From Planctomycetota bacterium (GTDB taxonomy: Bacteria > Planctomycetota > SZUA-567 > H5-PLA8): a stretch of 64,000 bases of DNA. Both the position numbers and the translations under genes were made by a program. Numbering within the stretch: position 1 is the first letter of the stretch; each line of letters opens with the position of its first letter. The DNA lies in assembly GCA_038227875.1 (NCBI GenBank), contig JBBRPR010000012.1, positions 32,001 to 96,000 of the forward strand, given 5' to 3'. Shown piece after piece: positions 51,001 to 59,963 of this stretch. Under the pieces are notes generated by a model. That model was given only the letters and a program-made list of their open reading frames with translations, did no database searches and had not been told where the DNA came from.

Positions 51001-51294
51001 CCTGTCCTCCTTAATTGGTACATCACCCCCGCGGATGCGTCCCTCATGATTGTCCTGCGCCACTGGTTTCATTGGACATCCCGTGAATGACGCCGATCAC
51101 AGGAGCCAGTGTTTGTTATTGAACAGTGCCTTGATCAACTGTAAGCAACGTGAGCACGACTCTTCTCACAGGTGATCATGTGCGTGTTGTGCTAATGAAC
51201 GAAGCACAAACTGAGCCATCTGGACGTGATCTTGGGAAGTGCCATGCGTGGCCGAGACGAGCGTTTGCCGTGTGTCAGAACTGATGCGAGAAAA

Positions 51295-51328
51295 CAAAAA
51301 AGCCGGGTGGTCGCGGGCCCACCCGGCT
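51295..51328 (-). terminator. Intrinsic terminator after the porin gene
   Basis: Minus strand agccgggtgg...ccacccggct followed by a T run. Confidence 0.75.
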
Positions 51329-51374
51329 CTTCCAAGTTTGACGGCGGACGAAAACTTCCGCGTCTAACTTGTTT

Positions 51375-52943
51375 TTAGAACATCACCTGGAAACACAGCG
51401 CGAAGCTGTTGTTCTTCACGTTGTGGAAGGGCGCCGCGGCGGGGCCTTCCGGATTTTCCATGACATTGTAGTTGGCCTGGATCTTGGCGTTGTGGCCCTT
51501 GATGTAGTAATTGATGCCCGCCGTCCATTCCTTCGTCTGGTAGACGTTGGTGCGGTTCGCGTCGGCCGGATCAACGATTTCAACGTTTGTGTACTGCTGG
51601 TACCGCGCGGCGAATTCGAAGGGCACGAGCCACGAGGGGAGACCGCCGCCGCAACCGCAGCTTCCGCCGCTGTTAAAGATGCTGTCGCTGAGTTTGTATC
51701 CAACGGCGGCATAGAAGCCGTGGGTGTCAAACGGATTGTTGGGGCTCTGACCAGCGCTCGCGGGATCCGTCAGGTCCACCGGCAGGAAGCCGGCGAAATT
51801 GCGGTCGTGAACGTAAGCGAATTCACCCTTGACCCACAGACCCTTGACCGGGCCCTGCGGGAAGTAATCCATGAACGCGCTGTAGCGGCGCGCGAAAACT
51901 TCGCGGCGGTTGAGGCCGGGCGCCGGATTGTTCACCGGATCGTACGTGCCGGTCTGACCGTGCTTGCCGCCACCTGCCGAGCCGCCCATTTCCAGGCTGC
52001 CCCAGAAGCAATCTTTCCAGACCGGGCGGACCATCAACGTACCGAGAAAATCCTTGGCGTCGTTGTCGTCAGCGCGGTTCTGGGACTGGAACGTGCCTTC
52101 CGGGCTGTGATAGTTGCCAGCGCCATTGAACGCGCTGAGCCAGTACTGCACGCGGCCGTTGTCGCCGCCGCCACAGTACGCACCGCCGCCGCCGTTGTCG
52201 ATCCAGCTGCCGTGAACGGTCAGGCCGATGTCGCGGGCGAAGTGATTACCGACGAACGAGCGTTCGACGAAGTCGAGTACTGAATTCGGGTTGAAGTCTT
52301 CCATGCTGAACGTCGGCAGGTACTGACCGACTGTGAAGTCATGGTGCGGAACGAAGCCGTGGAAGTTGATCAACGCGTCCTGCAGAATCGCCGGAGCGAA
52401 ACCCGCGCCGGTCTGGACGCCGCCAATGCCGACATTGGTGCCGGTCTTCGGCAGGAATGCGTTGCCCTGATTGTCTTCGAGCGGGGTGTGGCTGGCCTGA
52501 TCGCGCGCGAAGTCGACCATCACGTACGAGGTGATGTATTCGTGGATGTCCATGTTCATGTTCAGTTCGGCGCGGCGCACGCGGAACGAGCTGAGATCGC
52601 GGACCTGGTTGGAATCGGCGATTCCGACGGTCTTGTTCGAGAACAGACCCTTGTTGTCTTTCTGGAAACCGTAGTACCAGATCTGGACCATACCGCCGAG
52701 CTTCAACTTGCCGGTGCCCGTGGTTACGGTGTGATCTTCACAAACGCCGCACTTGGTGTCGAGCACGCGTTCGGTGTTACTGGTGACGATCGGGGTCGCT
52801 TTCTGCTTATGGACTTCGTCGATCTCCTTCTTCATCGCTTCCCATTCGGCTTGCGACACTTCGAACGCACGGCAGGCCTGCTGGACACCGATGGCTCCCA
52901 AGAGCGCCACGATTACCAACAGACTACGGATTTGTTGCATCAT
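51375..52943 (-). CDS. Outer-membrane porin (OprO/OprP-like)
   Basis: Signal peptide, FRVRRAEL, LQDALI, LDFVERS, RDIG, WTAGINYY and C-terminal Phe. Confidence 0.78.
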   Translation of the reverse strand: MMQQIRSLLVIVALLGAIGVQQACRAFEVSQAEWEAMKKEIDEVHKQKATPIVTSNTERVLDTKCGVCEDHTVTTGTGKLKLGGMVQIWYYGFQKDNKGLFSNKTVGIADSNQVRDLSSFRVRRAELNMNMDIHEYITSYVMVDFARDQASHTPLEDNQGNAFLPKTGTNVGIGGVQTGAGFAPAILQDALINFHGFVPHHDFTVGQYLPTFSMEDFNPNSVLDFVERSFVGNHFARDIGLTVHGSWIDNGGGGAYCGGGDNGRVQYWLSAFNGAGNYHSPEGTFQSQNRADDNDAKDFLGTLMVRPVWKDCFWGSLEMGGSAGGGKHGQTGTYDPVNNPAPGLNRREVFARRYSAFMDYFPQGPVKGLWVKGEFAYVHDRNFAGFLPVDLTDPASAGQSPNNPFDTHGFYAAVGYKLSDSIFNSGGSCGCGGGLPSWLVPFEFAARYQQYTNVEIVDPADANRTNVYQTKEWTAGINYYIKGHNAKIQANYNVMENPEGPAAAPFHNVKNNSFALCFQVMF

Positions 52944-53092
52944 TCGTCCCCCTTGTCATCGTGATCGGAGTGACCCGATGACCGCCTATTAACAAAAACT
53001 TTACAAAACAATCAAAACACAACACCACTCCTGCTCGAATTAGAGCAGGTCGCTGGCTCTTGCCCACTAAACCGCGTGTGTTATTACTCACG

Positions 53093-53109
53093 TGCACTAC
53101 GGATGCCAA
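53093..53109 (-). promoter_or_regulatory. Sigma-54 (-24/-12) promoter candidate for the porin/urea locus
   Basis: Minus strand TTGGCATCCGTAGTGCA with exact GG-N10-GC spacing. Confidence 0.55.
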
Positions 53110-53346
53110 AACTGAAATCTTTCCAGTTTTATTGAAGGCTTCGCGCAGTCGTAACTCGCATGTTCCTGCTAGGAAAGGCGGAGAGAGTAGGCATAAATTT
53201 TTCGAACACAAGCGACGAACGAAAAATAAATTTTCGAGTGCTTAAAAGCGATCCGTTTCACCGTCGTATCCTGCTCGCGCTGCCCATAATCAAGCAGCAC
53301 TGCAAACGAGGCAAAAATCACATCTATACAAAACTTGAGCGAAAAA

Positions 53347-54258
53347 TCAGCGCTGTCGAAGGGCGAAGAATCCCACTGCTCGCAGTTCCATTTCCAGTTG
53401 CTTCGCCTGCTCTGCGTTGAGATTTTTTATCGGCAGGCGCATCTGGCCGCAGTCCACGCCCAGCATTTTCATCATCGCCTTGCCGGCGGACAGGCCACCG
53501 TGGCGGATCATAATCTGGATGATGCGGTTGGCCTGATGCTGTCCCGCACGCGCGCTGTCTAGGTCACCGGCATTGAACGCCGCGATTACCTTTAAAAAGA
53601 GGGGTGCGATAAAATTGTACGTCGAACCCACCGCGCCAACGGCGCCAGCGGCCAGCGCGGAGAGCAGCATTTCGTCCCGGCCGAAGAGCACCTGGAAGCG
53701 GCCGTTCTCCATCCGCAAGCATTCGAGATAATCCATCAGATCTTCTTGCGTGAATTTCGCGCCGGCTAAGGTTGGGATACGGTCCGCGCCGCGTGCGAGA
53801 AACTCCGACACTTTCAAGTTCACACCGGTGAGGCTGGGGATCTGATAGTAATAAAAGGGGAGTTTCGGCGCTGCAGACGCGACATCGCGGCAGACTTCCA
53901 CCAGCGTGTCCACATCCGCGGGTTTGAAGTAATAGGGTGAGAGTGCGGCAATTCCCATCGCACCGGCTGTCTGTGCATCGGCAGCGAGCGCCTGCGATTC
54001 CCGGACGGACGTGTGCCCAACATGAGTGACGATTGCCAACCTTCCGCGCGCCGCCGCGACGAAGGCGCGGTTGACTGCGATACGTTCGGCGGTGGTCAGC
54101 GAGGAACTCTCGCCGGTCGAACCGCAGACGAACGCGCCGCGCACGCCGTCCTTGATGAGGTGTTCGACGATGGCGGAAATGCCTTCGAGATGGATGTCAC
54201 CCGCGGAGGTCATGGGTGTAAACGGAGCTGCAATCAAGCCGGTCAATTTTTCAGTCAT
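53347..54258 (-). CDS. nanA: DHDPS/NanA family aldolase, probably N-acetylneuraminate lyase
   Basis: CGSTGES, FYYYQIP, Schiff-base lysine in AKFT, GRDE, GAVGSTYN. Confidence 0.7.
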   Translation of the reverse strand: MTEKLTGLIAAPFTPMTSAGDIHLEGISAIVEHLIKDGVRGAFVCGSTGESSSLTTAERIAVNRAFVAAARGRLAIVTHVGHTSVRESQALAADAQTAGAMGIAALSPYYFKPADVDTLVEVCRDVASAAPKLPFYYYQIPSLTGVNLKVSEFLARGADRIPTLAGAKFTQEDLMDYLECLRMENGRFQVLFGRDEMLLSALAAGAVGAVGSTYNFIAPLFLKVIAAFNAGDLDSARAGQHQANRIIQIMIRHGGLSAGKAMMKMLGVDCGQMRLPIKNLNAEQAKQLEMELRAVGFFALRQR

Positions 54259-54261
54259 GAG

Positions 54262-54915
54262 TCACCTCGGAGTGGAATTGGAAAGGTTGCGGGACTGTTC
54301 GAGCTTTAGTCGTGTGGGAGTTAGATGTTCACGCATCGCACGTTCGGCTATGTCGGGGTCGGCTTGCTTCAGGCGCTTCAAGAGTAATTCGTGCGGAGCC
54401 ATGACCCCACGGCGTTGCGGAGCGAGCATCTGCTGGAGCATGAAGAAGAAGCCCAGGCGAACGTGCCGTTCGAACTCCTGCAGGAGCAGCCGGGAGCCGG
54501 AGCACTCCGCAAGGGTGCGATGGAAGGCGACTTCGTGTGTCCATTGTTCCGGCGGCGTCGGTGCCGTCCGATCCGCAGCGCGCGCGAGTCGGGAAAGTTC
54601 CGCCAGCCGCGCGCGCACGGGTTCGCCGCAGGCCATCCGTGCCGCCTGGCATTCCAGCGCTTCGCGGAGAATCCACAGATCGTACTGCTGCGCCGGACTG
54701 ATCAAGCTGACGCGCGTACCTTTGCGGGGAAGCGTTTCGAGCAGGCCTTCGTTTTCGAGCTGCACCATTGCTTCGAGCACCGGCGCGACGCTGAAGCCGA
54801 GTTCGTCGGCGACCGAGCGCCGGTTGAGCAGCGTTCCCGGCGGCCAGTCGCCGGCGAGAATGCGTGCGAGCAGGTGTTCTTTGGCGCGCTGAGCGAGCGA
54901 TAGGGTGCCTTCCAT
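54262..54915 (-). CDS. GntR (FadR/FCD-type) transcriptional regulator
   Basis: wHTH ILAGDWPPG...LGFSVAPVLEAM..LENEGLL..PRKGT; FCD motifs REALE, FHRTL, AMREHL. Confidence 0.88.
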   Translation of the reverse strand: MEGTLSLAQRAKEHLLARILAGDWPPGTLLNRRSVADELGFSVAPVLEAMVQLENEGLLETLPRKGTRVSLISPAQQYDLWILREALECQAARMACGEPVRARLAELSRLARAADRTAPTPPEQWTHEVAFHRTLAECSGSRLLLQEFERHVRLGFFFMLQQMLAPQRRGVMAPHELLLKRLKQADPDIAERAMREHLTPTRLKLEQSRNLSNSTPR

Positions 54916-54950
54916 GACATGTAGTATGTCACATGATATATCACAGTCAA
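54915..54950 (-). promoter_or_regulatory. Sigma-70 promoter with overlapping palindromic operators
   Basis: TTGACT-16nt-CATACT; palindromes TGACAT-N5-ATGTCA (54915-54931) and TGATATATCA (54934-54943). Confidence 0.55.
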
Positions 54951-54996
54951 GATGTTTGTGCTCCCCGGCGCGAGACGTGAAGTGAAGCGCACATTT

Positions 54997-56295
54997 TTAA
55001 TGTGAACTGGAGGAGCGGACTACATCCGGCGCATTTTTCAATACGCCCAGTTTGCGCGCGAGCGCCTCGATGGCATCGCACGACGCGTCAACCGGCCGGA
55101 TGCCGTCGAATTTCCGAGCCACCTCGCGTGCGTGCTGTGAAAAGGCAGGTTCTTCCACCAGCCGCCGCAGCAGCGGAGAGAGATTCTCCGGCGTGAAATT
55201 CTTGCGCGAAAGTGACAGGGCCACGCCGAGTTGCTCGGCGCGGAAAGCATTGTCCGGCTGGTCGTGAGCCATTGGCATAATCAGCTGCGGAATGCCGGCG
55301 TGCAGCGCCTGCGCCATCGTGCCGATTCCGCCGTGATGAACCAGCGCCGCGCAACGCGGCAGAATCGCGCTGAACGGCGCATACGCGAAGTGCTTCACGC
55401 CCGGCGGCAGAGTCGGCGGAATGTTTTCGGCGTAGCGCGTCAGCAGCAGGGCGCGGCGGCCGATGGTGTGGCAGGCTTCCGCGGCGGCATTGAAGAAAAA
55501 TCGGGCCTGCAGCATGGCCGATCCCGGCGTGAACGCGATCGGCGGGGAGCCATCGTTTAAAAAGTCCTCGAGCTCCGCGTCGAGGGCAGTCAGGCCTTTT
55601 TCGTCATACAGCGGAAAGCCCGGCATGAGTACCTGCGACGGCCAGTCTGGCGGAGGACCGGCGAACCATTCAGGAAAAAGTCCCAGCACCAGTTGCGGTG
55701 AATTGATGTAGTCGGAAAAAATTCCGCCGGTCAGTGGCTCCAGTCCCAGTTCCTTGCGGAACTGATTCAGCGGCTTGAGCAGGATGGGATCGACGACGAT
55801 CTTTTCGCCCATTTTAAACATCGACCGCCGCATCCACGCCGGAGCCCACGCGGGCATGCCGGAATAGCGCGGCGGTTGCGCGTGGCTGTAGATCGCCATG
55901 GGCTGCAATTGCGTGGTGATCAACGGCACGTTCAATTTGTCGTGAGCGACGCGCGCGCCCAGGCAGAGCGCCGCACCGATCAGGATCGTTTCTCCCGGAA
56001 CGTGATGGCGCGCCACAATGTCATACGACTTATTCAGTAAACCCAGCAGCGACCACTCCAGCACTTTCTGCGTGCCTTTGGTGGGGTGCCAGATGTCCGG
56101 ATCGTTGATCGCGTTGTGGTACTCCTCGGCGGTGCCCAGCGCTTCAAACGCGAGTCCCGCCTTGACCGCCAGCGGCTTGAAGTGTTCGTTGGTCACGAAC
56201 AGGACGTCGTGTCCGCGGTCACGCAGCTTGATCGCAATTCCCAGCAAGGGATGAACGTCGCCGGAACTGCCGATGGGTATCACGAGAACTTTCAT
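54997..56295 (-). CDS. GT1-family glycosyltransferase (RhlB/MGT-like)
   Basis: GSSGDVHP, FTPGSA, VHHGGIGT, AHDQPDNA. ATG at 56295. Confidence 0.88.
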   Translation of the reverse strand: MKVLVIPIGSSGDVHPLLGIAIKLRDRGHDVLFVTNEHFKPLAVKAGLAFEALGTAEEYHNAINDPDIWHPTKGTQKVLEWSLLGLLNKSYDIVARHHVPGETILIGAALCLGARVAHDKLNVPLITTQLQPMAIYSHAQPPRYSGMPAWAPAWMRRSMFKMGEKIVVDPILLKPLNQFRKELGLEPLTGGIFSDYINSPQLVLGLFPEWFAGPPPDWPSQVLMPGFPLYDEKGLTALDAELEDFLNDGSPPIAFTPGSAMLQARFFFNAAAEACHTIGRRALLLTRYAENIPPTLPPGVKHFAYAPFSAILPRCAALVHHGGIGTMAQALHAGIPQLIMPMAHDQPDNAFRAEQLGVALSLSRKNFTPENLSPLLRRLVEEPAFSQHAREVARKFDGIRPVDASCDAIEALARKLGVLKNAPDVVRSSSSH

Positions 56296-56344
56296 GCGGA
56301 ATTTTAGTGTAGGGGAGGGTGGGACTGGGGGCAACTGGCGACTA

Positions 56345-56707
56345 TTATGTCGAACGTTCCGACTTAGTATGCCTGCGATTCATATACTCACATATACTAC
56401 CCACCGTATAAAACAGGATGCCCGTGCAGATCGCGTCAATGAGCAAGCCAAATACGTCGACATGCTTGACCCCCTGCAATCTCAACAAATCGTCCAGCTC
56501 TAACTTTCCTGTAGGAAACTTGGCACGGTGCGGATTTTCGCTGCACAGATAAAAGAGTGCAGGAAAGCCGATACCATATGTCTTTGCTTTTGCGTCAACG
56601 GCTTGCACTTTGGTATTTATGGCCAACCACGCCGCAAACAACACAACCATCACGACAATGGTGCTTAAATGAACCTGCAACAGGCGCAGCGGTTTCTGTT
56701 CGGACAC
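56345..56707 (-). CDS. Small two-TM hypothetical protein
   Basis: QVHLSTIVVMVVL TM segment, GFP motif, second TM ending CEY. Lower GC. Confidence 0.55.
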   Translation of the reverse strand: MSEQKPLRLLQVHLSTIVVMVVLFAAWLAINTKVQAVDAKAKTYGIGFPALFYLCSENPHRAKFPTGKLELDDLLRLQGVKHVDVFGLLIDAICTGILFYTVGSICEYMNRRHTKSERST

Positions 56708-56912
56708 GATTTATAAATTCTCTCGCTACACTGTTCGCGTGCAGGCTTCAATCGAGCAGCTGGCGGCCAAGTGGTCACCTATTAAGAATTTGTTTTCCTG
56801 TTGCCGTGATACACTTCGAAAGCGATAAGTGACACCCCAAATGGCAAGGCCATTGATGCGGCGCGGAAGATTCCGCACGCGCCGCGATCGCATCAGGAAA
56901 GGACTTTTCGAT

Positions 56913-58499
56913 ATGAACGCTTTGCTCCTCCCCGACTTCAAAGAGGTCCTCGAGCAAAAAGACGACGCGGCCATCCGCGCGCTGCTCGAAAATCTGCTGC
57001 CGCCGCAGGCCGCGGAGTTGCTCGCCGCATTGAGTCACGAACAGGCATCGTACGCGCTGGAAGTGCTTCGCGACGACAAGGAAGCGCTGATCTTCGAATA
57101 CCTCCCGGAGCAGGTTCAGTATGAACTCGCGGTTGGCGCGGGACGCGAGCAATTGGCGAAACTGGTCTCGGCCATGTCTCCCGACGACCGCGTCCGGTTT
57201 ATCAAGACGCTGCCGGGCAAAATTGTTGACGAGTTGATGCCGCTGCTGGCCCAGGCCGAACGCAACGACATCAAGCGCCTGTTGACGTTCCCCGATGGTA
57301 CCGCCGGCGCGCGCATGAATACGGATTACGCCTCCGTCGGCGAAGGTTTGACCTGCGGCGTGGCTCTGGAAAAAGTGCGCCACGAAGCGCCCAACAAGGA
57401 AACGATCTACACGGTCTACGTGCTGGACAACGACCGACATCTAGAAGGCGTCATCGGCCTGAAGGAATTGTTGTTGGGCCGATCCGATCAGCTGGTCTCG
57501 TCGATCATGCGCAAGGAAGTGGTCGCCGTGCGCGGAGACGAGCCGGTACAGAAAGCCGGCGAACTGGTGAAGCAGTACGATTTGATTGCGCTGCCGGTGC
57601 TCGACGACCGCGGCCGCATGCTGGGCATTGTCACCGTCGACGATTTGATCGATTCGATGGAAAAGAAGACCACCGAGGAAATCCTGAGCCTCGGCGGCGT
57701 CGAGCCCGGCGCGCTTGACAAACCGTATTTCCAAAACCCAATCAGCCTGGTGGTACGCAAACGAGTGGGCTGGTTGCTGCTGCTGTTTGTCGCCGAGATG
57801 TTCACCGGAACAGTGCTGCGCCATTTCGATGAGGCGATCGAACGGGTCGTCGCGCTCTCATTTTTTATTCCGCTGCTCATTGGCACCGGAGGTAACGCCG
57901 GTTCGCAGACCGTCTCGACGATCATCCGCAGCCTGGCGCTGAAAGAAATCAAGACCTCCGACTGGCCGAAAATTCTTGCGCGCGAAGCGACTAGCGGATT
58001 GTTTTTGGGGTTACTGCTGGGCGTGGTGGGATTCGGACGTTCCTTGATGTGGGCGCCGGACGATAAGATGCTGGCGTTGACCATCGGCTGCACGCTGGTG
58101 GCGATCTGTGCCTGGGCCAATTCCGTCGCAGCGATGATTCCCATCTTCGCGCAGCGCGCCGGAATGGATCCGACCGTGCTCTCCGCCCCGCTAATCACCA
58201 CGCTCGTTGATGCGACAGGCCTGGTGCTTTACTTCAACATCGCCTCTGTGTTTATCGCCAAACTCAGCGCGCCGCCGATTGCCGTCAGTGAGGTTCTGCG
58301 CTCCAAGTTGCTTCAAGTTGCGGGCGACGCGCCCACTGAAATGGCGCAGAAACTGCGCGACATGGCCGGCGCGACGCCGCCGGAAGCGAAGAACGAATGG
58401 CTCTTCCCGGCCATCGCACTGGTCACGCTTTCGATCATCTTCTACATGATGTCGCGCCACAAGCCGAACAATCCTCAAACAACCAGCTCGATGGCGTAA
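56913..58499 (+). CDS. mgtE: Magnesium transporter MgtE with C-terminal extension
   Basis: MSPDDRV, TAGARM, CBS pair, GIVTVDD, GTGGNAGSQ, SAPLITTLVDATG. AGGAAAGGA before the ATG at 56913. Confidence 0.93.
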   Translation: MNALLLPDFKEVLEQKDDAAIRALLENLLPPQAAELLAALSHEQASYALEVLRDDKEALIFEYLPEQVQYELAVGAGREQLAKLVSAMSPDDRVRFIKTLPGKIVDELMPLLAQAERNDIKRLLTFPDGTAGARMNTDYASVGEGLTCGVALEKVRHEAPNKETIYTVYVLDNDRHLEGVIGLKELLLGRSDQLVSSIMRKEVVAVRGDEPVQKAGELVKQYDLIALPVLDDRGRMLGIVTVDDLIDSMEKKTTEEILSLGGVEPGALDKPYFQNPISLVVRKRVGWLLLLFVAEMFTGTVLRHFDEAIERVVALSFFIPLLIGTGGNAGSQTVSTIIRSLALKEIKTSDWPKILAREATSGLFLGLLLGVVGFGRSLMWAPDDKMLALTIGCTLVAICAWANSVAAMIPIFAQRAGMDPTVLSAPLITTLVDATGLVLYFNIASVFIAKLSAPPIAVSEVLRSKLLQVAGDAPTEMAQKLRDMAGATPPEAKNEWLFPAIALVTLSIIFYMMSRHKPNNPQTTSSMA

Positions 58500-58567
58500 T
58501 GCCGAACCCATTTGACAGCCGCGCCATCAGAAGCATCATCGATACGGACCTTTTGCCGGAGGATACG

Positions 58568-59347
58568 ATGAAGCGATGGACTGCGGTTTTCACTCTGAGT
58601 CTGGTGGCATTCATGGCGCGCGCGGAAGTTCACACCGAATCCGTGACCTACAAGCAAGGCGACACGGCGCTCGAAGGATACCTCGCGTACGACACGGGCA
58701 TTCAAGGCAAGCGGCCTGGCGTGCTGATTGTGCCCGATTGGATGGGACCGGGAAAGTTTTCAAATGAACGCGCGGAGGCACTGGCGAAACTCGGTTACGT
58801 CGCCTTCGCTGTCGACATCTACGGCAAAGACGTGCGCCCGAAAGATGCGAAAGAAGCGGGCGCTCAGGCCGGAAAATTTAAAGGCGACCGCAAGCTGCTG
58901 CGCGAGCGCGTGCTAGCCGGACTGGAAGTGCTGAAGGCGCGCGACAACGTCGACGTCACGAAAATCGCCGCGATCGGCTACTGCTTCGGCGGCACCACGG
59001 TGCTGGAACTTGGTCGAGCCGGCGCGCCAGTGGCCGGACTCGTGAGCTTCCACGGCGGCCTCGACAATCCCACCCCGGAAGATGGAAAAAATATCAAAGG
59101 AAAGGTGCTCGTTCTGCACGGCGCCGACGATCCGAACGTTCCCCCCGAACAGGTCGCCGCATTCGAAGACGAAATGCGGAAGGGCGGCGTGGATTGGGAA
59201 TTGGTAAAGTACTCGAAAGCCGTCCACGCTTTCACCAACCCGGCCGCCGGCAACGACAACTCGAAGGGCGTTGCTTACAACGAACTGGCCGACAAGAGGT
59301 CATGGCAGGCGATGAAGGATTTCTTCGCGGAGATTTTCGCGAAGTGA
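58568..59347 (+). CDS. Exported dienelactone hydrolase family protein
   Basis: GYCFGG nucleophile, HGADD, HAFTNP. GGAGGA RBS and signal peptide. Confidence 0.9.
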   Translation: MKRWTAVFTLSLVAFMARAEVHTESVTYKQGDTALEGYLAYDTGIQGKRPGVLIVPDWMGPGKFSNERAEALAKLGYVAFAVDIYGKDVRPKDAKEAGAQAGKFKGDRKLLRERVLAGLEVLKARDNVDVTKIAAIGYCFGGTTVLELGRAGAPVAGLVSFHGGLDNPTPEDGKNIKGKVLVLHGADDPNVPPEQVAAFEDEMRKGGVDWELVKYSKAVHAFTNPAAGNDNSKGVAYNELADKRSWQAMKDFFAEIFAK

Positions 59348-59379
59348 CTCTGTGTCCCACGGAGGAGTTGACGTCGCCA

Positions 59380-59428
59380 ACCTTTGTGCCCAAAGGCACA
59401 AAGGTCTGGGCATCCATCAGCCCAGACC
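59380..59428. repeat. Twin hairpins (REP-like or terminator)
   Basis: acctttgtgcc-caaa-ggcacaaaggt and ggtctgggc-N8-gcccagacc. Confidence 0.6.
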
Positions 59429-59578
59429 CATGGGTTCCATGCAAGACTGTCCGAGATGGCGGTGCGGCCACTTGAGCATCGTGACAGTGGCCGTGCGGCC
59501 GCAAGCTCGCCGTCGTAACTTTCTCGTTGACATTTCCCTCCACCCAATTACAAACGTCCCCGACAAGTAAATAGCAGT

Positions 59579-59751
59579 CCGCTTATCGAGAGTGGTCGAG
59601 GGAACAGGCCCTACGACGCCACAGCATCCGAAAGTGGAAACAGATGTGCCACCGTGCCTCTGAATCCGCTCTAAAGTGCTAACTCCTGCGATGCCGACGG
59701 AACCTTTCGACTTTTGAGTCGACTGGGACGCACGGATCGGAAGATGAGCGG
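59579..59751 (+). ncRNA. SAM-I (S-box) riboswitch
   Basis: P1 ccgcttatc/gatgagcgg; conserved ATCGAGAG, GAGGGA..GGCCC, ACG.CACAGCA, GTGCTAACTCC, AAGATG. Confidence 0.88.
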
Positions 59752-59963
59752 GGCGACAGGAATTCCGAGTCTTCCCCTGTAACCCCTTCCATCACGCGGT
59801 CAGCTCGTTGCCTTTTCCATCCGGGCAATGCGCGCTGAAAGCGTGGGCTTCATCTTTGCATTTTCTCGATGTGTTTTACGCGGGCTGCTGGATTTTCATA
59901 TCCGGCGCCGCGGCATGTCGTCGCGACCGGAACTTCTGGGTTGTTCGGGATCGGGAGGAAGCC

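Noticed and set aside
59808..59963. Upstream TTG start for the thrC-like gene
   Set aside because: Falls in the riboswitch leader; a strong RBS precedes the ATG at 59964.
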